Source: Hamiltosporidium tvaerminnensis FI-OER-3-3 (Eukaryota; Fungi; Microsporidia). Taken from it: a stretch of DNA of 64,000 nt. The stretch lies in NCBI GenBank assembly GCA_022605425.2, contig JAKIMF020000001.1, positions 930,001 to 994,000 on the forward strand. The letters are read 5' to 3'. The translations under genes were made by a program, and so were the position numbers. Below the pieces are notes generated by a model. That model did not search any database, was not told the DNA's origin, and saw only the letters and a list, made by a program, of their open reading frames with translations. This document shows, piece by piece, positions 1 through 11,465 of this stretch (position 1 is its first letter; the number at the start of each line of letters is the position of its first letter).

Positions 1-940
1 AGTATTTCTAATCAATAAATAGAAATTTAAGTCTTTAAAACGAATTAGGTGTCACTCAGTTCAAAAATTCTTGAAATTTTGTATTAAAAAAAATAAAATT
101 AGATATCAGAATAAAAAAATTTAAGAGTTTGTAAGAATAGACTTGATATATTATTTTAAGAATTTAAAGTAAAGGAAAGTAAATAATTTTATACTTTTTG
201 AAGTCCTGAAGTACTTCAAAAGACTTTTTTTTTCATATTTTTGGTCAAAAAACTAACTAGATAGAGCTTATTAATCAATTATTTTTTTTTTATTTTTATG
301 TATTTTGAAAATAATTGTTTTATGTGATAACTTGGGATAGTATTGTTACAAAATATCAGAAGATTTATCTTTAAAGGTTTTAAATACTCATAAGATTCGA
401 GGTATTCGTTCTTTCGATTATATGCTAAAAAACAATCCGAGCCATTAATTCTGATTTAAGATATGAATCCGAGTCAAAACCAAATGAAAGTAAGAGTCGG
501 AAAAAAGTAGTATTGGTTTCATTACGAGGAACAGAGAGACATGAACAATCTATATTCTCTATAATAGATACTAATGTAGAAGAATGTATTTTAAAACGTA
601 AAATTTTTATAAAATCTTCAATTATGTATTAAAAAATCGATCAAAAGCTTTAACTTAAAATACCGAAGAAAAGGGAACTTAATAACTGTTGTATAAAAAA
701 AGGAAAATATTAATAGAATCAAACCAAATATAAAATTTAAAAATCCAAACTAAATTTATTTTTAATATTTAAATATAAAAATTAAAATTAAATTAAGCGT
801 ATAAAACGTAAAAAAATTATACTTTTTTTATAAAATTCCATGAATTTCTATTACATATTTTTTCCATATAAAATATGTTTATAATGGTAAGTTTTCCAAA
901 TACTAATTCCTTTATAAGAACCCTTTTCAAAAAGAATCAA

Positions 941-1117
941 AAAAATAGTATTTTTTATAAACTCTCCAATATCAATTCATTAATTTCTATATAAGTATAC
1001 TTTTGAAAAAAAATTAGAAAAATAGTATTTTTTATAAACTCTCCAATATCAATTCATTAATTTCTATATAAGTATACTTTTGAAAAAAAATTAGAAAAAT
1101 AGTATTTTTTATAAACT
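941..1117. repeat. 77-bp direct tandem duplication (2 full copies + partial third)
   Basis: Unit AAAAATAGTATTTTTTATAAACTCTCCAATATCAATTCATT...GAAAAAAAATTAG repeats with period 77. Confidence 0.85.
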
Positions 1118-1532
1118 TTTAGTCAAAATAATAAATTTGACTTTTATTTTTAAATAAATTACGATATAATTTGATAATAAAATTATTTTTATCATTATAT
1201 CTATTAAATGGTTTGTATTTGCCCTGACAAATAAATATTGTTTACCGTTTTAACTATTTAATATTAAAATAAATAGATTTATTAATTTATCATATAAGCT
1301 TAATTATTTTTATCAAAAGTTATTAAAATATTTAATTTTTAATATGTAAGGTAGAAGAAAATTCATAAAAATCGTAAAAATATTTAAAACCGGTAATTTA
1401 TTAAATAAAAATCTGTAAAAAAGAGAATTATATATTTTTTTTAGATTAGTTGTGATATCATATCTAATGTAGAATTTTCTAATATAGAAGCAAATTAATT
1501 TAAATAAATATAATTTTTATTTCAAAGTAAAA

Positions 1533-2260
1533 GGTGGAGGGAGGATAACCACATAAAAAACTTTCTGCTTGGCAATGAGTGTGTGAAACTGGTGTGAGAT
1601 CATTGTTTGGATTTTTGGTGGGAATACAACCACACTACATCTTCGGTTGTTCCATGGGAGTTGTTATGAGGAGGAGATGTCTAAGAAATGGAGAAACTTT
1701 TTCTACGAATTTATTTGTAGTTTTTTATGTAACCAGATTGCAGACCGCAGCTGAACATGTAGGTAATCGCCATGTAAAAGCATGGAAACCTAGCCTTGCT
1801 CACTCGGGTTAGAAGACTTAGCGCCTGGGAGATATAAAAATAAAACCCATTAAAAGCCGGGAGAGCTAAGTAGCAGGTTATACCTGTTGGTATGACATTG
1901 CACTGTCTAGGTGGACCCCATGTAAATCTCTGAAATATATCTTAGCTAGAAGTTTATTGGGTTCAGAAAGTGTAGAGTAAGTGGGAATGCTGCATAGTCT
2001 TGAGGGAGCCTAGGGGGGCTTCGGCCTTCGATCACACTCCATGCAACGGACATTAACGAACTCCGGGCAACTGCCTCGCCTATTAATTAGGTTCTACACA
2101 CCTGGTAGATGAAAGGCTTTGGGACGTAGGTATCGCAGGGGTTACCGATGGGGTGTTGGGGTAGCAGTTATTTATGTTAAACCTAGAACTGCGTTAATGT
2201 CATGAAAACAAATATAACACTTGCCACTATTGTAAAAAGATGTGATATTTTTAAATAAAG
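1533..2260 (+). mobile_element. ~728-bp non-coding SINE-like retroposon, copy 1 (putative structured RNA)
   Basis: Near-identical to 7143-7872 and reverse complement of 43090-43817; flanked by ATTT(C/T)AAAGTAAAA at 1519-1532 and 2263-2276 (TSD, 13/14); ends TAAATAAAG; GC-richer than flanks. Confidence 0.85.
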
Positions 2261-2457
2261 TAATTTTAAAGTAAAAAGATATATAAATATAAGACAACCA
2301 TTCCAGATGAAAAGAGAAAAATTTAATTTATTTAAAAAATGTAAATAAATAAAATATTAAATATTCTTTAAAAAAATTTAAAAGACTTGTAGTATACAAT
2401 GGAAATATAATATAAATATAATATAATTAAATATAAAATAATTAAATATAAAATATA

Positions 2458-4104
2458 CGGCCACAAATGATTCGTGTTGTGAGAATACTGCTACTCTTCT
2501 TGAAGGAATAGGTGTTTACAAATACCTCGGAATAATAGAAGATAGCAGAGGAATTCCAACACGTAAGTCGTTTGAGGAAGTACAAACCAAACTGATAGCG
2601 AGGGTAGAGAGACTTTGCCGCACGAGATTGAATGCAAGAAATTTATTTCAAGCTATCAATCAACATGCGATATCTCTAATAAACTATCATATAGGTGTAC
2701 TTCGACTTGCACCTGGCGACTTCTCAAAGTTGGATGACGCAGTACGTGCAGTTTTAGTAAAGAACAAGATACATCTTCGCCCAGGATGTAAAGAGCGTCT
2801 GTACCTTCCCAGAACAGAACTTGGGAGAGGTCTTCATAGTGTTGAGTTCAAAAGCGAACATATGCTTTTGCAACTCTTGGATTGTCTGGAAAAATCTAAA
2901 GAAACATCGACCAGAAGAGCAGCAATCCTTAAGGTGGAGAATGATAATAAAACCCATCTTGCACTAATAAAAGACTTTTTACAAGTAAAATACGGGATGG
3001 CAGAGGAGGTCACTAAAAATAAATTAGATGAAGCTCAACTAGCTAACTTATATAACGAAATAGAAAAACGAAAAATACATTCAAAGTTATATTATGCTAG
3101 AAACAACGAGCTAGTAAGTGTAAATGACTCCTCAAGATGGTTAAAGAAAGGAAGTGTAAGACCGCGTGATGAAGCAGTGTTCTGCTATATCCAAGATAGA
3201 AACGTATTTTGGGGAGCAGAAGGTGTGTGTCAACACTGCAACACGTCTAGAAAAACAGTAGACCATTTAGCAACGAGATGTGAAAAAATGCTTGGTCATG
3301 ACTATACTAGACGACACAATGAAGTGGTACGATGTATACATTTGCTCTTGTTAAATAAATATAAATTCAAGTCTTCAAAACGAATCAGAAGCCACTCAGT
3401 TCAAGAAATTCTTGATAATGAGTATGCAGAGATAAGAGTGGACACCAGAATAAAAACTGATGTCAAAATTCGAAATAATAGGCCAGATATATTCGTTTTA
3501 GACAAGAGACAAAATAAGATTACCCTCATTGAAGTAGGAATCACCTCCCAAGACTCACTTCAAATAGTTGAAACAGAGAAACTTAAGAAGTATGACCTAT
3601 TAGCAAATGAGCTGGGCCTTATTTACAAATGTAGTGTAGAGATAATTCCTTATGTGATAACATGGGACGGTATTGTGACAAAATACCATAAGACTTATCT
3701 TAAAAGATTACAAATACCCATAAATGTAGAGGCATACATTCAGTCCATAGTACTTAAGAAAACAGTCGAAATGATTTCCTTCGATCGACGAAGAGGAATT
3801 GAGTCAGGACCAAGTGCCGAAGAGAGCTGGGAGAGAGCGTCATTAAGTGTTATTATAGGAGCTGAGATGCATAAACAGCCAACACCCCCCTTAAAAGAAG
3901 TGAAGAACGAGTAAGATAGTGTTAAACAAGTAAATTCAAAAAATATTTTACCCCTTATTTTAGATGACGTAACCAGACCAGAGGAACCGACGATAGACAT
4001 TAATGATAAGTCGGATGTAGAAAAAGAGAATAAAGTGGTTAAAGTGATGGAAGAAATTAGTTAAACGGGAGAAAATTTGTTAACCCAGAATTTTATTAAA
4101 TAAA
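2458..4104 (+). mobile_element. 5'-truncated RLE-type non-LTR retrotransposon (R4/Dong-like); ORF 2628-3914 encodes post-RT region, CCHC knuckle and restriction-like endonuclease
   Basis: YKYLG upstream of ORF; CQHC..DHLATRC; YTRRHNEVV; NRPDIFVLD..LIEVG..EKLKKY; ends CCCAGAATTTTATTAAATAAA; possible low-complexity TSD ATATAAAATATA at 2446-2457 / 4106-4117. Confidence 0.9.
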
Positions 4105-4169
4105 TATATAAAATATATAAACCGATCTAAACAAATATAAATAAAACATTCAATTAACAAATTAATATT

Positions 4170-4310
4170 AAATCTATATATTTAAACTTAATGGTTAGTA
4201 TTCAAGTCCTTGTTTATCTAATATTTAACAAATAAATATAAAATCTATATATTAAAAGTTAATGGTTAGTATTCAAGTCCTTGTTTATCTAATACTCAAC
4301 AAATAAATAT
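4170..4310. repeat. ~71-bp direct duplication
   Basis: TTAATGGTTAGTATTCAAGTCCTTGTTTATCTAATA and flanks occur twice in tandem. Confidence 0.75.
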
Positions 4311-4464
4311 GTTGTATTCAAAATATCTTTTTCTCTTTAATTTTCAAGTAGCCTGTATTCGAGGTTGGGTCAAATTTTCATTTACTGAACCTATCTTTTG
4401 AAATTTTAAATATTCTAATATTTTTTTATTAATAATATTAGCCAGTGTAATTAATATCTGGTGT

Positions 4465-4572
4465 AGTAAATTTGATCTCTTTCATATATTATTTTCCATA
4501 ATTTTAACCACTTCTATCTCTTCCTCTAAATCTGACTCTTCGTTTTTATTTATTTTCGGTTCCTTCACTGTG
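4465..4572 (-). mobile_element. short degenerate 3'-end fragment of the RLE LINE
   Basis: Reverse complement resembles the GAAGAGTCGGATTTGGAAGAAGAGA..GTGGTTAAA tail of the other copies. Confidence 0.5.
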
Positions 4573-4790
4573 GCCAGTGCTATAATACTTTTATAAATAC
4601 TTTGTTAAAATTATTTGTAATCAATTTATTTATAAATATTTTTATAGATTTATAAAAAATCTAACCGTTAAATTTTTAATTCTTTATTTCTTCTAATTAC
4701 CAGTAAAAATAAATATTTTGTAAAATTTTTCAGTCATTTTTTTTATTTTTAAAAAAATATTTTTATTCATAAAAAAAAGTATCCCATAAA

Positions 4791-5222
4791 ATGTCCAAAG
4801 TAAAAAGAAAACATGAATTGTTAGAAAAAAAGCCGAGAAGAAAATGTACCTTTGGTCTGCAGGTTGGAACATGGTTTACATGTGCAGATAATACAGGTGC
4901 AAAGATTATGAAAATTATAGGTGTTAAAGGTGTAGGAGGTAGATTGAATCGACTTCCCGCGGGATCACCCGGTGACGTAGTTATGGCTTCTGTAAAAAAA
5001 GGAAAGCCGGATTTGAAAAAGAAGATTGTTATGGCTGTTATCATTAGACAGAAGAAAGAAATTAGACGACGCGACGGATCTCGGGTTTGTTTTGAAGACA
5101 ATGCAGGTGTCATTATTACTAATAAAGGTGAGTTGAAAGGTACACAAGTTGCTGGACCTGTTCCTCGTGAAGTTTGCGATATGTGGCCTAAAATTTCTTC
5201 TCAAGCTTCTTCTATTATTTAA
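4791..5222 (+). CDS. RPL23: 60S ribosomal protein L23 (uL14)
   Basis: [32 protein letters not shown] motifs; CCC upstream of ATG; AATAAA at stop. Confidence 0.97.
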   Translation: MSKVKRKHELLEKKPRRKCTFGLQVGTWFTCADNTGAKIMKIIGVKGVGGRLNRLPAGSPGDVVMASVKKGKPDLKKKIVMAVIIRQKKEIRRRDGSRVCFEDNAGVIITNKGELKGTQVAGPVPREVCDMWPKISSQASSII

Positions 5223-7142
5223 TAAAGAAATTTATTTTTATATTTTCTTACTTTTCTACTTAATAATTTACATTTTTATTTCAGCTTTTAATTTTCTATT
5301 TTTTTTTATTTTATGTTTCATTTTTGAGTAGAATTGTTGAATAAAACTTTTTTTATGGCTCTGATTATAATTATGAAAGCCATTTTCTTGATTTTTTGAT
5401 ATTTTATAAGCAGATATGCAGCAGAATTTTACAACTTGAATTGAGAACTTAAATGAGGCAAAAAGTCGGTTTAAATGATCTGAAGGGAACAATAACCAAT
5501 AAATAAGTTTCTCAGGTATCTTATAAATTATAATATAGTAATAAAACCAAGGCGCCATTAATTTATTTCAAAAAATTCACTTTTCAAGATTAAGCTATTT
5601 TAAGCAATTTTATTAAACCCCTTAACACAACTCGTTTGTTTGAATTAATCAAATGAAATCAAAGTTGTTTATTTATATATCAGTAGGGTCTGAAAAAATC
5701 ATAAACAAGAAGAATTAAATTGAAATTTTACAAGCAGATAGTGTGGAAGTTTTTCTATTCTTATTGTAATGAATTAATGATACAAAGTGTAAAGATGAAA
5801 TATATAAAGGAAATGACAACCAACCAGAAATAAATTCGGAATTTTAAAAATATTTTAAAATATTTACTGATCATAGCCTCTTGAATTAGATATTTCAAGA
5901 TTATATTTATAAATCTCGGAAATTGCAACTATTGATAGTTTAGGCTTTGAAATAAAGAAAGAGAAATCTGCACAAAACGAAATTTTTTATGAAGATTTTT
6001 TTGCTCTTCTAGAAGAGATAAAGCATTAAAAATACTTAAGAACTATACAATAAAAAGATAGAAACTCAAGGTAGAGTATTTTGGATAGGTCAAAAGCACG
6101 CTTCTATTAAGATTAGAAACACGTTTCGTACTTAACAAAATAGAAAGAATCTTTTATTGGATTTATTAAGACCTTTATGTTTATTTGCTATCATACATGG
6201 GGTAGTTTGACTTAAATGGCGCAATTTTTCCAGAAAAAACAATTTAGTTCAAAAACGGTTATGATTAACAGAGGGTAATATAAAATAAGGTTATAAAAGC
6301 GCATTACCTATCTAGCCAAAAATTCGGAAGAGATTTACACTATTTTGAAACACAAACTTAAGTATTATTATTATTGAATTAGCCTGGGAAAATATAATCA
6401 AAGTCAGCTTAAAACCAGAAATATTAACCATGATATTAATAGATTCATTATTCTTAATTGGTTACTATGTAAAAGTATGCTTAAAATAAATTATAAACTT
6501 ATTTTCTTTCACATTTATATGACGAATAGTGAATTTTAACTCAGTTTATAGAATTCTAGAAATAATAAGCAATGTGTGTAAGTAACTTATCTATAGAGCC
6601 TAGCGAAGAGAATACGGGTCATAAGAATCTGCAATTTGCTAAAATATTAAGTAGCTAGAATTTCACGAATTTAGAGAAATACATTCAACTCGAATTAAAA
6701 ATTGAAAGTGAGCAAATAATATCGAGTTTAAGTGTAAAAAATACCCAAAAACAACTATAAAAAAATCTTAAATGATATAAGTTGGTTCAGACATTTCCAT
6801 CAGAAAAAAAACATAAATTCATTGTTCAAAACGAATCAAATACAATAACATTTAGGAAATTATGGAAGATATATATCAAGTAATATAATTTAGGTAACTA
6901 AATAAAAACCTTGCAAAATTTATAATAATACTACTTATATACCGACTCTATTTTTTAAATTTTCTAGATTGCAAGAAGACAGATAGAACTCAATATATAA
7001 TATGGCTTTTCAATGGTTTGACCTTTTCTGTGTTTAGTTCTTCTTTCACAAAAAGCCTGTTTTAAGCATTCAAATTACTTCAAAATTAACAAGTTATATA
7101 TTCGTTCTAAAAACCTCTGATGTTTAATATTTTATAAGTCAT

Positions 7143-7872
7143 GTGTGGAGGGAGGATAACCACATAAAAAACTTTCTGCTTGGCAATGAGTGTGTGAAAC
7201 TGGTGTGAGATCATTGTTTGGGTTTTCGGTGGGAATACAACCACACTACATCTTCGGTTGTTCCATGGGAGTTGTTATGAGGAGGAGAGGTCTAAGAAAT
7301 GGAGAAACTTTTTCTACGAATATATTTGTAGTTTTTTATGTAACCAGATTACAGACCGCAGCTGAACATGTAGTAATTGCCATGTAAAAGCATAGAAACC
7401 TAGCCTTGTTCACTCGGGTTAGAAGACTTAGCGCCTGGGAGATATAAAAATAAAAACCATTAAAAGCCGGGAGAGCTAAGTAGCAGGTTATACCTGTTGG
7501 TATGACATTGCACTGTCTAGGTGGACCCCATGTAAATCTCTGAAATATATCTTAGCTAGAAGTTTATTGGGTTCAGAAAGTGTAGAGTAAGTGGGAATGC
7601 TGCATAGTCTTGGGGGAGCCCAGGGGGGGCTTCGGCCTTCGATCACACTCCATGCAACGGACATTAACGAACTCCGGGCAACTGCCTCGCCTAGTAATTA
7701 GGTTCTACACAGCTGGTAGATGAAAGGCTTTGAGACGTAGGTATCGCAGGGGTTACAGATGGTGTTTTGGGGTAGCAGTTATTTATTTTAAACCTAGAAC
7801 TGGGTTAATGTCATGAAAACAAATATAACACTTGCCACTGTTTTAAAAAAGATGTGATACTTTTAAATAAAG
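7143..7872 (+). mobile_element. ~730-bp non-coding SINE-like retroposon, copy 2
   Basis: Near-identical to copy 1; perfect 15-bp TSD TATTTTATAAGTCAT at 7128-7142 and 7873-7887. Confidence 0.9.
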
Positions 7873-8615
7873 TATTTTATAAGTCATAATTTGTATTTCA
7901 CACTTGATATTTTTTTTAAGACTGTTTACGTTCCGTTTAATTATTTTAACTGTTTTAATTGCTAGAGCATAAGAGTGACTGACAGATTTAATGTAGTTGA
8001 TATCTTACAAAAATCTGAACAATAAATTTCACGCTGATTTCGGAAACCATTGTTAAACAAGTAACATTGAGAATTTCATTACTTCATCTGTTCATACATT
8101 ACGCAGAATACAAATAAAATAATGACAAATTGAATTTTTATTAATTTTATCTTCTAATTGTCTATATATGAGTGAAAATATCTTAAAAAGCAATCCAACA
8201 AAATATATTACTTTGAATCTTACTGAAAAATATAAAGCCAAAAACGCAAAATATGTATTTTTTTAACTCCTTTTATAATAATTTGATTCAATTTATAAAA
8301 GTTTTTTAAAATATCTTTTGGAACCAATGTAAGAGTTTAAAGGTTTTAATATCCTACTTCTGCACACTATTATTGTTTGCGTAAGATTTAAAACAAATCA
8401 TATGCGTAATATTCATAATCGAACACTTCTATTGGTGTTATAAATTAATTAAACCAATTAAACATTTCAGAAGATAATTTTCTTTATCGCCATGATCATT
8501 CGACCATATAGCAGATGATTTTAGATAATAAACTCCATCTCTGCCAATTGATATGGATTAAGCTAGATTTTTATCTTATAATAAATATATAAGAAACATA
8601 TTTTATAGATAGATA

Positions 8616-9893
8616 ATGAAATTTCTCAAAAAACTATTATTGCTCATACTAATAGCTGAATACATAAAAACGAAAAAAAATTCAAAAAAATCTATCGAAA
8701 ACATAGAAATGAGCCGTTTTAAATATCTGAATTCCTATGTAGACTCGATTCAAAATCAACTCTTGAAGAATTCGGATTTTGATTTACATGTATTAACAAT
8801 TATTGAAGACAATAAGATAGAAGATTCTTATGCAAAAATCCTTAAGTTAATTCAAACAAAGAAATTTACTATGGAGTTTTTGATTGCTTCGTATAGCAAT
8901 AACCAATTTTTGAAGAAATTTTCATTTTTTTCATTTTGCCAAATGAGAAATTACAGCCTAATTATTTTTTCGAAAAGAAATAGCAAAAAATCCTGATAAG
9001 ATATGTATTTTACACAAGGAAATTGCTTTTTCGCTTATTTTAAGATACATGAAGCAGATTTAAGAAATCTATAAGAAGCTAAATTGTAATACTACGCAAT
9101 ATCAAATATTATTATTATTCTTCCGCCTAAATTATCGGAATACAATCTAAATGTAATGGCACAAACAATAAGAAGCAATGAGAATCGTTTTAATGACAAA
9201 TTGGCAATAGTATTGACAAGCAAATTTCAAAAGGCAAGCAAGCCTTATATTGTAAGCAATGAAGATTTTGTATTTAGTAATATTGAAAAATATGTGATAC
9301 ACACATTTAAAGATTCATATATAAGAGAATTCATTTCTAAAGTAAAAAATGAGATTTTGAACATATCTTTTCCATACACAGATCTCCATTTAAAAAGCCA
9401 AATAGATAGAAAGTATATCTTGGAAGATGATAAATGCCATCAAACAGATCAAAGTTATGATTCTCAGGATAATTCGGTCATGATGAGCTTATGCAAATTA
9501 AAAATTGTAAAAGAAAGCTGCATAATTTATTGTGACAAAAAAGTCACAAGTGTCTGTCTCTTTCATATTACAAGAGAATTTAAATCATTGTCTTATAGAA
9601 AATACTATTTCTGAATTTCATTTCATCTCTTTCTCTACAACTTTAAAATATGTAAATCGTATTTTTAAATGTATATAAATACTAATGCGCCAAATAAATA
9701 TAATTTGAAGGTTTTTATGAGTATAAACGAAGTATCATACCCACAATACAACACTTATTTGATAATATCGATATGGTATGCGACAGAAGATAGCTACTAG
9801 ATTCGGAAAATTCGATTTAATAATGAATCAAAAGACTCCCCCAAATGTAAAGAATTTTCAGACATTTTTACAAACCTTAAGGTACATTGTTGA
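8616..9893 (+). pseudogene. disrupted paralogue of the putative secreted protein at 13437-14749
   Basis: YLNSYVDSIQNQLLKNSDFDLH..FLIASYS aligns with YLYSYVDNIQRQFIENSKYDLH..FLIASYS; hydrophobic N-terminus; frameshift near 8990, in-frame TAA at ~9061 where the paralogue has Trp, further breaks after 9614. Confidence 0.7.
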
Positions 9894-10020
9894 AATCCGC
9901 TAGAAATCATTTTATACTTTGAAATAAATGTTCTGTCGATTTTCAATTTCAATTTACTCGTATTTTTACATATAAAAGTTATTTAAACATAATTTGTTTT
10001 AATTTTTAAAATTCGACAAT

Positions 10021-10245
10021 CCATTCATCCTCGGCACTACAGCCCTGCACGGCCTTCGCAGTTTTCAGTAATACTATCATTATTCTTTTTTCAGTGGGTT
10101 TGTTTACTTTTTTAGGGTTTCGTAAAAAGTGAGTTTTAAAGGGGAGTTGTTAGCCCCAAGTTTAACCTCAACATGGAGGACCTGTCCCTTTTAGTCGCCT
10201 CATATAACAAGGAGAGAATGCATAAGTCTATTATGTTCCGCGTAT
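10021..10245 (-). mobile_element. degenerate bipartite RTE-derived short element (RTE 5' end joined to RTE 3' end)
   Basis: Minus strand reads ..TTGTTATATGAGGCGACTAAAAGG..TTGGGGCTAACAACTCCCC..GGCCGTGCAGGGCTGTAGTGCCGAGGATGAA; 3' part matches 53281-53310. Confidence 0.6.
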
Positions 10246-11289
10246 GAAAAATACCATTTCCTACCAAAGAAAATAAGAAAAAAAATTCATGCAATTAATC
10301 AAGATATGTTATGTTTTATCAAGTTTCTTATTGACAAACTTGGCTTGAACCGGGGAACTCATTTGGTATAACTTTGGGATAAAAGAATGGTTAGAGAGCG
10401 AGATAATTTAGAATCAGTATATTAAATTGTCTATATTTAGTTCAACTGAATTTAAAAAGTCTCTACGGTATCTTAAACTTCGATATAAACTCTTGTTCCT
10501 CTTTTAGATTATCAGGAAATAAGGAACAATATCAGATTAAATATCATGAATCTCAACTATGGTGATAATAAAATCTTATCTTGACTTAATTTTTAGGTAA
10601 ACAATAATATATATCGGCATATCAAATATATTCTCGACACTGACGAACTAGAAAATTAATGTAGAAAATAGAAAAATATATTTACAGATATATAAATGTT
10701 GAAAGGAAAAGCTATATCGTTTAGTAATTGAAATATGAGGTTTTATCAAGAAAATAAAAGCTTCTGAAGCCCAAATTTTTTATTTCAAAAGCAAATTTCT
10801 ATATGGATCATGAATAAATATTTCTAAATTATTTAAAAACGTAAAGTCGCTTGAAATTTTTCCTTTATGGAATACAAATGCAGGAATTCGACTATAATAA
10901 ACTTTTAAATGATGCGGTCTGGTCTTGAAGTTTACCTTACAACGATACATTAATTAGTTCTCTAATGCAAATTAAAAGTCACATTACTCGATATATTTTC
11001 TAAAAAGAGTATTCAGAAATCAGATTGACCAACAAATGAAAACCTTGTTTAAATCCAAAACAATAAACTTAATTTATTTTTTAGATGAGAAGTTAATTAA
11101 CAAAACACTTACTTAAATTAGATTCACTCTAGAATATTGATTTTACATTCTTGAACTGGAAGAACTAAACAAGGGCTCATTGATTTATTGGCTAAGTCTT
11201 GTTTATATGCAATATCGATATAATTTCTTATGCCATACCTGAAACATGTTTCTTAAAATACCTATATGTATCTTAAGAAATCTGCCAGA

Positions 11290-11465
11290 GATACGATGAG
11301 TTCTGAACTGACGGTCTAGGCCCAGATAAAGGAGGAGGGTGAAGTATGGGGCCAACACGCCTATCTGACAAAACCATATTGTCACGAAAACGAAACGAAA
11401 TAATAAAATTAAGAAAAAATAGTTACATGTTCCGGGCTTTTTAAAAGCTGTAATGCCATTTAGCA
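11290..11465 (+). mobile_element. second degenerate RTE-derived short element
   Basis: GGAGGAGGGTGAAGTATGGGGCCAACAC..TGTCACGAAAAC (RTE 5'-like) followed by GGGCTTTTTAAAAGCTGTAATGCCATTTAG, which matches the RTE 3' end at 45354-45383. Confidence 0.5.

Noticed and set aside
1579-1812. 77-aa ORF (and 65-aa ORF at 7190-7387) inside the repeated element
   Set aside because: GTG start, frame differs between copies 1 and 2 through a 1-nt indel, no motif; not maintained as coding
1533-2260. Element as rRNA, telomerase RNA, RNase P/MRP or group I intron
   Set aside because: Only short resemblances (GGGAATGCTGC; AAGACT/AGTCTT P7-like pair); no conserved CCUAA/CCCUAA-type template or rRNA universal motifs found by eye; left to covariance-model search
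4763-5113. Antisense or shadow ORFs over RPL23 and likewise over the LINEs, 41368, RPC25, RAD7 and TFB3
   Set aside because: Opposite-strand by-products of real coding sequence with no motifs
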